DNA from: Epiperipatus broadwayi
Lineage: Eukaryota; Animalia; Onychophora
Length of the DNA stretch: 64,000 bases
NCBI GenBank assembly: GCA_028023455.1
Contig: JAQFVV010000002.1
Coordinates: forward strand, 3,100,001-3,164,000
Reading direction: 5' to 3'
Position 1 is the stretch's first letter, and every line of letters begins with the position of its first letter. The notes beneath the pieces were generated by a model. The model made no database searches. It saw only the letters and a program-made list of their open reading frames with translations, and was not told where the DNA came from. Positions 13,256 to 26,900 of this stretch are shown here, in pieces. Both the position numbers and the translations under genes were made by a program.

Positions 13256-15499
13256 CTGAAAAATATGTTTATATATATATAAGAATAGAGAAAAATGTAT
13301 ATAAATTATAATACAAATCTAATATATTTATTATAAATTGTTTTTCCAATCAAATACAACAAAAAAATGTGATTACAAAATTTCTAGGAAGCAAAAGACA
13401 TGTTCTTTAAAGAGATTGATAAGTCATATATTTAAGAATACAAATAATAAAGCACAATAGAGCTAAGCAATATGTAGACATGTGCTTATGAATTTAACTT
13501 TTTAATTATTTTTATATTCCACAGTAATAGATTCCTAACTCAGATATCCATTATTTGAATAAGCACTTATAATAAACGATAATGCCTTATTCCTATTTGA
13601 AACATGAACAATAAGTATATTATTATCTTTCAAAAGACTTTATTAATCTATACATTTACTTGAATGATTTGTCCACATGTAATATTATGTAGTCAACAAT
13701 CTTGACAACTAAAAAGAAAAAAGCTTTAAAAAATGACAGAGTTTAACATGTGTTTCACAAGATCTGTATATTTTCATTCATTACAATACTATTCTTCTTC
13801 ATCATGAAGTATACTATGTCATGTTAAAGACTAGAGCATTCCTCACACTAGTGATTAAAAGTATCAATATAAATATGTTCTGCAACTTTTTTATCCCTTT
13901 GTCTTATAATTTCCAGTTTTTTTTTTTGTAAATGTATTTGGGTGCAACCTTTGATTATTGTTATAAATAAAAATGCTTCTCATACACCATTAAGCATAGA
14001 GAATGAATGTGTTGGCTCTAATAACTGGAAACTTACTCTTGGAAAAGATCCCTAAAAGGAGATAGAGGTCAACTTCGATATCTTTAAATAATGCAAGGAG
14101 CATTGCATGAATGCAATCATAGACCATGTATAAAAAAGTATAAAATTGTGTTTCCATTTATGGGAAAGCAAACACACATGATCAACATTTTAACATTGCC
14201 TTTTGTATATAAAAAAGTGAAGAGTGGATAAAGACTCAAGTTCAGTTTTAACAAAAAATTGCTATATATATATATATATATAGGTTCAAGTGATCAGAAT
14301 TTAAATTTACAACAGTTGTATTTTATTGATGTTGAGAGTAGGACTATCATTATTTCGAAAATTCAGATATAGGAATGTAATAGTTATATTTTTTGGAGGG
14401 GGGGGATCAAAATCAAGTTTTTGCATTGATAAAAGTTGATTTATTAATGACTTTTAATATCCTGTAAGAGGAGGGGTCTGTCTGCAGGGGTAATTTTAAA
14501 AACAAATTCTGGGTTTAAAAAGACCTTGGACATGCTGAAATTAAGTTGAAAGTCTTTTGAATTCTGAATATTTGTAAATCATGAAATCCTATACCATTTT
14601 GTTGTAATGAACATTAAAGACATGTAAATGAGATTGCAGCTATTATTTTATCATAAAGCAACTTCCTGTATAGTGTGTAGCAATAGTTAAAGAATGCTTT
14701 TGAAAACATTAAAACAGTTAACGTTTAAGATGTGAGAATATTGAATAATGAGACTGTTGTATATAGTGAGAGGCTTTTGATAGTGAATTAACTATGTATT
14801 CTTGCCTTTTTTAAAGTTTCTTACTGTATTACTGTTCTCATTTCAGATTGACTTCATTGAAATTGAAAACGAAGGTAAGTGCTTGGCACTCCCTTAATAT
14901 GGTCATTCATACAATTCCCAGAGAATATTTACTAAGCACATGATTTCCTCAATATTGAAGATAAGTTTATAATTGTTAGTATAATCAAATAGAAAAACTG
15001 AAATATCACCCATGTATGCAATACATGAAATATGAAAATTTAAATTGTGTATATCTCAGGTAATTTATTTTCTATAGCTTTAATTAATGGACTTATGTAT
15101 GGGATGATTAGAAGTGTGTTTAGAGGTGAGCCTTGTGATATTGAAGAATGTGGCATAATGGAATGGGATATTTCTTCATTAAGAGTTATATATATATATA
15201 TTGGTCAGTCTCACCTCATATTTATGGTCAGTCTGCTGAGAATAATACTTTTTTTCTGATTTAAATACTATTACTTTTTTGGTTCATCACATATTCATTT
15301 TGTGTAATAAACCACACCTCGTTTGGGTTTATGATCTTTTCTCTATTCACACACACAACTCTAACAGCACTCAGATCACAACTAAGGCAGTGTTCTCTCT
15401 CATGATTGAGAAAGGCAGATGAATTAGATGATTCAGGCTCAATTTTTATACATTAATGAGTGAGTCATTCTGGTTCTAAGACATATCCTAGTTTCCCCC

Positions 15500-15502
<3 letters not shown>

Positions 15503-15571
<69 letters not shown>
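15503..15571. repeat. (AT)n microsatellite
   Basis: Direct reading. Confidence 0.97.
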
Positions 15572-15572
<1 letters not shown>

Positions 15573-15656
15573 TGTGTATTTTTTTCTTTCTGATGAAAAC
15601 CAGTCCTCTGGTTGAAATATTATATTATTTATTGGATTTATAAGTCTTTATTTTTT

Positions 15657-15659
<3 letters not shown>

Positions 15660-15727
<68 letters not shown>
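15660..15727. repeat. (AT)n microsatellite
   Basis: Direct reading. Confidence 0.97.
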
Positions 15728-15729
<2 letters not shown>

Positions 15730-16416
15730 AAAGGTCTTTTTGGCTGCAGCTTACAGTATAGACAACATTGGCCAGTTCAGTGTTAAAATGTTGGGATTTA
15801 CATTATTAATGAGTTTGTTTGAATTTATGAGAGTTCTGAATCTGATGAAAAATTTGTCTGAACATATTTGTGCTATTTTATTAATGTTGCATTGATATTT
15901 ATTTAACACTTCTGTATGAGAGAGATTGGAGTTTATTATTCATTGAATGGTAAATCTATAATCATATTTGATTTACCAGCCATGAGAAACTTTGAATGAA
16001 GATTTAGAATAAATATAAAAAAAATGCAAGAGGAATAATCTTTGTAATTGATAGTTAAAATTTTCCAAAAGATCTGAAAGATGTTGCTGTGTTATTGTAC
16101 TTTATTCTTATAGATAAAGTTGTGTTCAATAATTCTCTCAAAATTTTGATTACATATAGGTAAATAAACAAGACATAACACTATCAAAGTCTGCAAATGT
16201 AATCCAATGCCATCTTAAAAAAGAAATAAATACAGTTCTGCTGCTCTGGAATCTACTGATTCATCCACTAATAATAATAATACCTTCCTTGAAATAGTAT
16301 CAAATTCACCACTTCCTTTATTTTGCTGTAATGTCTTATATAAATGCAATTTATTAATTTTACTTTGAACACTTTTTAGCAAAAAAAACTTTTTATTCTA
16401 CTTATATGACACACAA

Positions 16417-16620
16417 TCTTGTTTCGACTGCCTTGCAGCCTTTTTCACAGCTATGATATAATAAAACAATACATAACTATATAAATAATACTATAAAAAT
16501 GCAAACAATAAAATTAATAAAATAATAAAAAATAACATAAAATAAAACTATCATAATAAAATTGAAATAAATCTAATCAAAACCAAATAACATAATTCAG
16601 GGAATATAAAATATATAGCT
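16417..16620 (-). mobile_element. PLE 3'-UTR remnant with degenerate hammerhead-like motif
   Basis: Minus strand T-rich tract followed by AGCT-GTGAAAA-A-GGCTG-CAAGG-CAGTC-GAAAC; similar to 28411-28620. Confidence 0.45.
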
Positions 16621-17259
16621 CAGCTTTCTCTAGTTATTATATGGAGAATGCCCATTCAATTGAATTGTTTGCATGATATTATATGTCTAATAATAATAAT
16701 TAAAATAAACTGTTATTAAAACAGAGAGTTGTAAATATAGATATATAGATTCAATATGTATTAAAGATGAATAAGATCAATTAAAATCTATTTTATATTC
16801 ACCGTAATAACTATGATAAAACTATGAAGTACTTAGCAAATGTGATAATCATCATAAAATTATTATGGGAGAAATATAAGTTTTTCATATGACTTTAAAA
16901 ATACATATATTTCTTGCAAAAGTAGTTAAATCTTAAATTAAATAGAAACAGGGCAAGCTAATATAGTAGATTATTGACAAAACATTAAAGAACATTGTAC
17001 ATTGCAAAATTTAGAACTAATTAGTTAAGAGATTCTACATTATTTAAGGTTTCAAAGATATCAAGAGCCTTTTATAAACATAATGATACTGGATCATTTA
17101 ACTATGAATAAAATAAAAAAAATGTTATTCAATGCATATAAATATACTTCAATATCTATTTGTAAAAAAGTGTATATGTATATGGATGAGAACATATGTG
17201 CATATATTCATATTTGTGCATGAATGTATATTATACTTATATATATATAATATTACAGA

Positions 17260-17658
17260 TTGATGTCTGTATTTCTTCAAAATAATATATATAAACTTAT
17301 AAATAAACATTAGAAAATACAGTAATTAAAATTTTTAAAAAGAACAAAAAATATAAATGTCTCTTAGGAGCGCTTTCGACTATCCTTGTAGTCTTTGTCA
17401 ACTAATACTTTGTATGATCAACTTTCTCATAATTGATCTTAACATTTGCTGCCTGCCTATTGATTAAGTCTTGCTTGTATTTATATATTAACATAACTTC
17501 CTTGATTTTTCTTTTATTATTTCTTTCAGTTTGCAATATTTTTGTTATTATAATTGAAATCAAAATCATATATACATAATTTATTATGGTCATAAAAAAT
17601 GGAAGCTGATAAATTATCATTATCTTTAGAATTTTGTTTCGTACTTTGAACCCTTTTT
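17260..17658 (-). mobile_element. Penelope-like element 3' fragment, family A copy 1
   Basis: ORF 17402..17668 peptide KILQTERNNKRKIKEVMLIYKYKQDLINRQAANVK matches the GIY-YIG end in 49731..50201; carries the motif at 17364-17405. Confidence 0.85.
17364..17405 (-). ncRNA. Minimal type-I hammerhead-like ribozyme, U3-A8 plus extra A after A9 (best-preserved copy)
   Basis: TTAG-TTGACAA-A-GACTA-CAAGGA-TAGTC-GAA-AGCGCT-C-CTAA: stem I TTAG/CTAA, 5-bp stem II, palindromic helix III AGCGCT, CUC cleavage triplet. Confidence 0.72.
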
Positions 17659-17985
17659 TTATGACCATAATAAATCATGTATATATGGTTTTGATTTCAA
17701 TTATAATAACATAAAAATATTGCTAACTGAAAGAAATAACAATAAAAAAAAATCAAGGAAGCTATGTTAATATATAAATACAAGCAAGACTTAATCAATA
17801 GGCAGTCAGCAAATGTTAAGATCATGGAATTATGGGAAAGTTGACCTTTCAAAGTATTAGTTGATAAAGACTATTGGGATAGTCAAAAGCGCTCCTAAGT
17901 GACATTTATATTTTTTGTTCTTTTTAAAAATTTTAATTACTGTATTTTCTAATATTTATTTATAAGTTTACATATATATTATTAT
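17653..17985 (+). mobile_element. Penelope-like element 3' fragment, family A copy 2 (inverted, abutting copy 1)
   Basis: Homologous to copies 1, 3 and 4; hammerhead-like motif at 17857-17898 (TTGATAA core, G12 decayed to A). Confidence 0.85.
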
Positions 17986-18971
17986 AATTTCTTAAATCGA
18001 GTCATTTTTTTATGATAATATATTCTGCAGTTAGGCTTTTTATATATGTCTACCGACTGTATTTGTTTGAATGAATTGAAATTGATCCTACTATTATTCA
18101 TTGAGGAGTTGATGAAAACACTGGATAGTCATATGATGGGATTTCACTAGGATTATGTATTATCTGTTAAATGTTTGAATAGCATATATGTTATAGTGTT
18201 GATAGAATCTACCAATTTTCTTGCTTTTCATACTCATTGTATTTTATATTTAATCTTTTTAACCATTTATACACTTATACAATGAATTATATGATCTCAA
18301 AATTTGACGAAAATAAGACAGTGAAATAAAATTTCAAATTTGTGTTAAAAGTCTGATACGATCATTTTCTTTGAATAAAAGTATTTTTTCCAACATTGCA
18401 ATTATAAAATATTGATATTCATGCTTCTTCAGATTTCAGTTTTCATATAGACTACTCTATTCAGTTTGAATCTCTGCAATCTCTTGACTACTATTACTAT
18501 TATTGGTGGTAAAATTCTAAGAAGACAACATCTCAACACTGTTGTATCTTAATATCATCAATTTCAAATTGCCTATTGTCTTCAATATTTATTTTCTATT
18601 ATTTCCATTATTAATTACATTTTTAAAACTCTTTTTAATTATTTTTTCCAAAATGTATCTTCAGCTTCTTTTTATTTCTGATTATAAGTGTATAAATATA
18701 TCAAATTTTAGTATTTTTTTTCCCAATTATAGCATTTGTATCAACATTTTTATTCTGCAATATCTCATTATATATTCAGTATGGAAATTGAGTAATCAGA
18801 TGAAAATATACATTATCTAACATATACCATAACATTTGTGTTAATATAAAAATGATTTTCTAGTAAAGAAATATTTGATCTTTAGTTTATTCTGGTGTTG
18901 ATCATGTAGATTACACACACAATCATAAACTTGTTTAAAACAAAAAATATAAAATAAAAATAATAACTTAC

Positions 18972-19073
18972 CTCAATTCTTTTCTATATTTAGACCAACA
19001 AGGGGTTTCATCTACGCATGTGTCACATCCAGGACTGCACGCTTGACATGATAATGATAATTGTTGATAAAGA
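18972..19073 (-). CDS. CG31760-like: GPCR exon: (S)LYQQLSLSCQACSPGCDTCVDETPCWSKYRKEL(R)
   Basis: attatag| acceptor, AG|gtaagt donor; 102 nt, phase 2-2; CxxCxPGCDTCxDxxPC motif preceding TM1. Confidence 0.93.
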
Positions 19074-19260
19074 CTATAATATAAAAAAATATGCACACCC
19101 ACTTATATGATATTATTTATTTTTTAGAAATATTAGTTTTAAATATATATATTTACTTACTAATTTATTTGTATCTCAACAATTATTGTTTTTAATATTT
19201 ATACTTAAATTTAGTTAAAAGTATAAACAAAGAAATAACAGTCTCAATAATGGCTTTCAT

Positions 19261-19367
19261 GTCGAGCATTGGTGGTCGAGAGGTCAGCGACGGCTGCTTT
19301 ACAAGCAGTTGTCCCAGGTTAGCGGGTTTGCTTCCCGGATGATGCTATGACACATGAGAAAAAAAAA
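19261..19367 (+). mobile_element. tRNA-Gly(TCC)-derived SINE, copy 2
   Basis: GTCGAGCATTGGTGG...ATGACACATGAG(A)n; 12-bp TSD aatggctttcat at 19249-19260 and 19366-19377. Confidence 0.9.
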
Positions 19368-19949
19368 TGGCTTTCATATTTATATTACAAAGATTTTCAT
19401 TACTTTGCCTGTATTCAATCAATATTCATAATCTTTCTGGCTTCCGTAATCTAAAGCAAAAGACTGCACAGAATGTACATAATATTGTATAAAATACTAA
19501 AAAATACCTTCAGTGATATACAGGAAAATAATTCTAACAATTTTCCATGATAAGAAGCAGTTTACCATTTTTGTTTTATTCTATAGATAATTTGGATAGA
19601 CATTCACTTACTGATCGATACTGAATGATCAGCAGGCTTGAGCATAGGTTAGTTATCTGAAGGATATTTTAAATTTAATTAAAAACTGAAAATGGTTTTT
19701 ATATATATCAACAGCAATAAACACGCACAAATGAGTATCATCATTTCACTTTAAAGCAAAAACGATGAAAAACAAAGAAAGAAATGAAAAGGAGTCAATC
19801 TGTGAACCATGAATGTATCACTTATACAATTTGCGAATTCATTTTTCTGTTGGTATTTTACAGTTCTATTCTTTGACTTAGTCTGAAAAACCTTTTTTTT
19901 ATCAAATACTTCAACACCATATCTGAATATAATACCTATATCTTTGCCT

Positions 19950-20900
19950 TATCCTTTCAATAAATGACATTTAACATATTATTTCTTTAGTATTCCTTTG
20001 AGATAAATTTTATATAGTTATAATGTCCTACTCTCTCCCAAAATCATCATTCAAATTTATCATAAATACCTTTTAGAAGTTTTGTATTTGTTTTACACAT
20101 CCAGTTCAATGAATATGTGATTTCATAAAAGTGGGCTCTATAATATCATATCAAGTAAGATGATATTGCCATTGTATTTTTACAATATTACAGTGGATTC
20201 TAAAATAAAACTTTTTAAACACTATGTTGTATCATTAAAATTCTCAAATAGCTAAAATAACAGATCCATGTAAAGCTAATTTAATTACAGTAGTTATTTC
20301 TCACAACAAAATCCTTCTTAAAATCAAAAGAAATATATTGGGATCCAATTTGCATCTCAACAACTAAGTTTTCACTTTCTATTTGTTAAATATCCAAGAT
20401 ATTTAAAGTCATTTACGTTTTCAATTAGATAATCATCCATCTTAAATTTATTAAGAAGTTTTCTTCCATAACTGGCTAATAAAAATAATTTTCTGAACAT
20501 TAATAACAAAAGATTTCTTATTACATTCAAAACAATTAGTACATTCTGTATATCATTTTTCAAATTAAAAAAAAAAGCAACCTATTGTAAATCCAGGATA
20601 TCTTTATAATATTTTTGTATTGCATCTTGATCCCTTTTCATTAAATCAAAAACAATGTTGGAGCAAGTATACATCCTTGCTTAATACCAGTTTTCATTTT
20701 AAGCCTGGTATTTTCTATAAGTAGTAATAATATTTCCCCTAATTCCTCATGCATAATATGAATAAACATTTCTGAATAATCATTTCATTTCAAATAATGT
20801 TTAAACCTGTTCAATTCATTGAGTCAAGTGCCTAGATTTAAATCAATAAAAGTAATATGTAAATAACACTTTGTCCCTTTTTATAACTCAGTTTACCTTA
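19950..20900 (-). mobile_element. Degenerate non-LTR retrotransposon (LINE) RT fragment
   Basis: KMKTGIKQGCILAPTLF (about 20650-20700) and IENVNDFKYLGYL (ORF 20372..20563) are typical LINE RT motifs. Confidence 0.72.
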
Positions 20901-20909
20901 AATAAATAA

Positions 20910-22900
20910 ACTAATCCAGATTCCATCTTATATCGACTGAACTGAGCATTCATCACCACCGATCAATAGATATATGAATAGATAATGTATATAATAGGAG
21001 AAACATGCCAATAGGTAATGATGTTCAATGAATCTTATTGTTTTCATTATGGAATGTTGCTATAAATAGTCACTCCTGTTGTAAATAAAGGAGACAATGT
21101 CTCTTTACTGTCAAACTTGAATGGTGGTATGCATATTGCTCCCTGTATAATTAAAGCAGAAAGGCAACTTCACATTAGAACCAGAAGCTGCTAGAAACTA
21201 AATTAGACATGAGGCAAACTAGCATAGTACAACTGAAGGTGTCACAGTACCTACACATGAAGCAAGCTGTCACAGAACAACTGGTATGTCAATCATATTT
21301 ACTCACAATGCACACTGTCATGGTACAGCTGAAGGTGATAAGTAAATCCAGAAGAGTACCTGAAGTCCTTTTATATTAATAGTTTCACAGTAACTAAACA
21401 CCATACAAAACAATAGTATCAGGTGATGGCAAAACAATTGTATATATTGTAAATAATCATCTCCCATTGGCCTATTTCTCCTATTGGATATATATTATCT
21501 ATTCACATATCTATTGGTCTGAGATATGAATGCTCAATTTGATCGAGATAAGATGGAAACTAGACTGGTTCATTAATTGAAAGTAAGTTGAGATATAACA
21601 ACATGCCTTTAGTTTTGTAGTTAGTATATTTTAATATTTACCCAGATATATCATAAGGAACTGTAGCCTTTCCAGTTTTAAAACAAAAAGAATAGCTTTG
21701 AGCTTTAATAAGCTGGATATTTTAATCCAAATTTAAATGAGTAAGTAAAATGGATATATTATTAAGAATCACCTTCTTAATTCTGGTGGTATCATTCAAA
21801 TGTTGATCAAATTTTTTTCCATCTGTTTGAAATATCATTGCTGTCACATAAGGAGGATTATTTCTGGATTTAATAGAATTGTGATACTTTCAGTTCTATC
21901 AGTTTCTTTCAGTGTGTCTAAAAAAGTCTAAACTGATTACAATTAATAAATATCTATATCTCTTATGCAGTTTGAATCCACCAATCTTTTTTAATCTTGT
22001 TTTCAATTGCTAAACTTTTGCATTTGAATCTCTATATTAATCATGAATCTGAACATTAAATTTATTAATATGCCCAGCATAAAATTCCACTCAAACTTCC
22101 TTTTAATAAAGTTACTATAATACTATTATTGTTAGAAAACCAATCATAATTCTTTTTTATAGAAAGCTATATAATATATTTACTTATATCCATAATACAT
22201 CTCTTAAGAGAATTTCACACCTCAGTACTAATCCTTAAAGTCCAAATTAGAAATTTTAGTAACTGATAGTTGTTGAAATTTAGTACATATAATAGATACA
22301 TCTAAGGAACCAACATCAATTTTTGTGATTTAAACTTTTGAGTTTATTAATCTATGAACAATTCAACAATCTGTGCTTGCAAGTGCTCACACAATATTAA
22401 CTTCTCTTACATTCTAATTACTAACTATAATGCAATCTATTAAATATCATTGCTTGGAGTGTGGATACATTCATGTTTCTTTATAGGATTTTTTTACCTA
22501 ATATATTTGTTTGGATAATCAATCCATATATTGTAAAATAATAGCAAACTATTTAAGTTCTCAACCGCAATATCATTACTTCTAATGATTTTAGGCTGAA
22601 CCTATTTTTAGTTCCAAAATGTGCAATAAACTCTCTAAAAAGAAAAATTCAACTTTTTAATGATTTTGCGACAACAATGCTTTCCAGAAAAAAATAAAAG
22701 CTTTCTTTCTCTAAGTCCTCTTAAACTAATGTTGAAGCATTTGCAATAATAAAATGAGCACAAATATCATTAGGCCAGTTAAGTTTTAACAGCATAAACC
22801 TTTTATTCATACATCAAGAAATCCCAAAACAAGAAGATTCTAAATATTTTGCAGCAAATTCAACCCTATGCATTCTTCTTTCTCTACTTGATCTGCCTTT
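20910..22900 (-). mobile_element. Old, heavily mutated Penelope-like element (RT and GIY-YIG remnants) with an inverted copy of its 3' part at 20910-21060
   Basis: IDVGSLDVSIICTKF resembles PLE SFDVxSLFTN; GSLSGIL resembles GSPLSP; QSS.HL...IEH resembles GQTSRxLxxRxxEH; 20910-21060(+) aligns by eye with 21421-21575(-). Confidence 0.45.
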
Positions 22901-23913
22901 ATAAAAACACTTGTATACATCTACCTCAGTTTCCAGGAATTTGATTTTCACTTGAAGTAATTATGTCAATTTAATCTTGATAACTCCTTAATCATCAGTG
23001 CTGTCTTCCATTCTGGCCTTTAAGATTTTGTATCAAATAAAATTTACAAATTAGATATACCTATATTTTAACAAATTACATCTATAATACTTATGTTAAT
23101 TACTATCACTGTCTCTTGCTTTATCATCACTAAAGATAAAATATTCTAAAAGAACTTCAACTGAGTCAAGCCACTATGAAAAGTTGTACCGGAGTATTTC
23201 ATTAGTATATGAAAAGAGTTTAATGTTAAATAAAGATATATATTACAATGGATATTATTATATATATCAATTTAATGGGTAATTTACTAGGCATGACAAT
23301 TTATCCAAATTATCCAAGCAATATATTTTTAGACTATATTTTCTAAATCTCATCTACCTTTGGAATAGTCTGGGGAATTTCTGGATCGAGCTACTTAGAC
23401 ATATCTTTGTCCAGATAAAACTTCTATCTCAAATCCAGTTCTAATCCAATTCATTAGTATGTCTGCCTCAATCCAAAATCATAATAAAAACTGCTAGCTT
23501 TTAAAATTTATCCCTATCATTTCTTTTTTAAAGGTTTGAGCTGAAAAAAATTAACAAATTGAAATAAAATCAAATCCTAAATTGCCATCTTCTTTGTTTT
23601 GTAATATTTTATTCATCACTAAGATAAACAAATATCAAAATTGCTGAATTTAAGGTTCAGACTTTGACATTAAGTAAACATTATTAATATTATTTAAATG
23701 ATAAATAAAGTTCTTTTTACTAAAGTTGGGTTGGTTGTTTCATGTGATAAATGAATAAAGATAATTTAGCTTGAAGTATATGTCAATAGGTTTGACATTT
23801 TTCATTCTTTAGTGATGGATAAAATAAGATAGGCATTATTCAGGGAATTGGATATTATGTTTATTTATTTTTTGTATTTAGAATCTATTTAAACATTGAT
23901 TTTTTGTACAAAG

Positions 23914-23983
23914 TTCTTTAGAAGAAATAAGTGTTATAAATCTTTGACACTTCTTTAGAAGAAATAAGTGTTATAAATCTTTG
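23914..23983. repeat. Tandem duplication, 37-bp unit x2
   Basis: ttctttagaagaaataagtgttataaatctttg repeated exactly at 23914 and 23951. Confidence 0.95.
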
Positions 23984-24274
23984 CCTTGTTTATGCATAAG
24001 TCTTGTAAAATATTATTAAAATAGGATTACTGAATTTAATGATTTGGATTTTGATAACAAGTAGTTTATATTAGTAATTTTTAAATAAAAAATATACTTT
24101 GCATATTGATATTGCATTGGTTTTCTCTTATGGCAATTAAATAAAAGTGATTAAGTCTAAAGCATGTGATTCTCAGGGATTGGTTTAATTTTTTATCATT
24201 AAGTGATGAGTGCAAATAAGATAGAAATGAAACTTTGGGAATACAATAACTGTTTCATTTTATTTCATAAAAGC

Positions 24275-24345
24275 GGGGAGGGGAGGGGGGGGGGGGGGGG
24301 GAGGAGGGGGGGGGGGGGGGAGGGGGGGGGAGAGAAAGGGGGGGG
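24275..24345 (+). repeat. Poly-G / G-rich tract
   Basis: About 70 nt of almost pure G with interspersed A. Confidence 0.9.
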
Positions 24346-26229
24346 TATTTATAATGTTATTGTTTAATATATGTATATCATTCTATATAATTGTTTAAAT
24401 AATAAATGGTGTTGTAATAAATGACACACACTCTTATCTAGCATTCAATAATGTGTATAGCAAAAAGCAGTCCACTTCCTTATTTAGTTCTCATTGGTTA
24501 TAAAGTATATTATTTTGAACGATTTAAGCAAGAGACGTGAATATTATTCAGTCTAATCATTTATTATAAGATATTTATAAAACATATAAAATGTTATTTA
24601 ACAAACTAATAAATTTTTTTCTTATTTTAAAATTTTTGTAAAAAACGTTTAAATGACAAATAATATATAAATACAATGAACCACAAATAATACCAAAAGT
24701 GCTCTTAGCCTTATGATATAAAGATGAGATAGAAAACCCCTTTGTTATACATATGTACATATTGTAGCTATAGTAAATCCAATGCAGCACACATTTATTA
24801 TACTATAACAAAACAGAAAGAACAAAAATGTGTTTAGTAGAATTTCATGCAAAATGACTAATAAATATGCAAACTTCCATTTAAGTGTGAATGGGTATAT
24901 GTGTGACATTTGAGAAATAAAAGTGTTAACTGCCTAGAGGTTAACCATGCAAATTATTATTTATTGGAACCAGCATTTACAGTACACATCTTGAAGATCT
25001 CATTATATATATGTGTGTATATATTTGATTGTATATATTCCAGTTTCAAACCCTTCAGGCTCTTCTATTTTTATATACTATTATATAAAAATACCATACA
25101 TTTGAAAATTTTACCATTACAATATGTATGCAAAAGAGTTACATATAAGAGTAAAGGGGAAATTAATATTATATATAACATTCTATACAATCATTTAAAA
25201 TAAAAAAAAAAATTTCTTTATTTACTAAATAAAAATCAATTTCTTTGATATCTTATAGTAAATACTTTGTTTGATTAATATTCACATGTCTTACTTTAGT
25301 CATTCAAGATAATCTTCTTTATAACCAAAGAGAAATAAGCAAAAAAACTGGACCATTATTTTGCTATATATATATATTGTCAAATGCTAAGTGGAATTGT
25401 GTGTCATTTACTATAATAGCATTTACTATTTAAAATATTATACAGAATGTTATGTATATATATTCACATTGATATTCATTGCATTTATACATATATAGCA
25501 ATGTGAAGTAATACACTGTAAACATAACTTGCAATAAGACATATAAGTCTTAAAATTTAAGAAGAAATATAAGAAATGTCAACAACCAATGTCAATAAAA
25601 TTACAACTAAAAAGAATTTTAGATTAATAAAATAAAATTCTGAATGTTTTTCATGAAATATCAAGACTATTTATCTTAAAATGCAGTTGTAAATAGGATA
25701 CTGTAATTCAAAAGTTCCAAAAAGTCTAACAGTAAACAGAAATTCAAAAAATTTGAATAGAACATAATAAATTTTTTTATCAAAAAATAGATATAATAAC
25801 ACAATAATTCAAAAATTTATATATATAAAAGAGTCACATAAAACTAAATTAAAAAAGCAAAAGATTTAAAAATAAAGTGCATATTAGCAGAAATATTTCA
25901 TATTACTAATAATAAAATATATGAAACCTTCCACAAATTACTACATATTTATAAATTCCATCTATGAAATAATAAATAAATAAAAAAGGATCATATAAGC
26001 CATAGGAAAAAAATGACACTTTCATAAATAAAACCACAGCATACATTAAGATACTCAAAACCATAATTTAAAATTAATGAAAATGATAAAATATTATAAA
26101 AAAAATTTCAACAACAGAATTTAAAAAAATTGAATGATTTCTGTAAGAAAATATCTTCACAACCAACCAATACACAAAGCAGTTACTTATAATAGTATCA
26201 CATAACTATTAAAAACAAAAACAAATAAC

Positions 26230-26900
26230 ACTAAGTCATATCATCAAAACTATGATAAGGTATCATCAAATGCTTTTAGAATAATAAATGGGTTTTGGAA
26301 AACAGATTAATGATTGTATATAAAAATATATTTTATTAATAATCAAATTGAAAGATTTATGAAGACATAAATCTATTCTATTATTCTTACTATCCATATT
26401 TATTACTATCACATAATACTTAAAAGCTTAAAGTGAAGAAGCAGAATATCTTATAAAGTCTATAAATACATACATAATAAAAACGGTCAATATATTAAAT
26501 GTTTTTACATATTACAACTTTTAAATACAAAATACTTCCAGAACCAAATAGCCAAATTTGTCAGAATAATAAAAATGAAGGCATAACTCAGTAAAAACAT
26601 ATTGCATCTGACAGCATCTAATATTTGGAATATAGAACTAAAGACAAACAGAAAAACATAGATCTAATATCACACTGGTTGATATTAAAGGAAATAGTTA
26701 TGATAAAGTTCTAAAAAGATTAAAACTCCTATGCTTTAAAGTATAAATAATATCCCCAACAACAGTTCTTTGGCAGATAAGGAACTGCAAGAACTGGGAA
26801 TGCCACATAATAGCCAAAAATCAATATGTAATGAGTCAAAGAAACTTATGAGTGAAGATGAAAGCTGAAGATAAAATTAGACATATTCTTTGGATAAATT
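26230..26900 (+). mobile_element. Possible degenerate L1/Tx1-like ORF2 remnant
   Basis: YDKVS...MGFGKQ-like stretch (compare AFDRVS...KFGFG) on a long A-rich strand; many stops. Confidence 0.28.

Noticed and set aside
19261-19367. Functional tRNA-Val(TAC) gene
   Set aside because: The body aligns to tRNA-Gly(TCC), has an 8-nt T-arm insert, an A-tail, a TSD and dispersed copies: a SINE.
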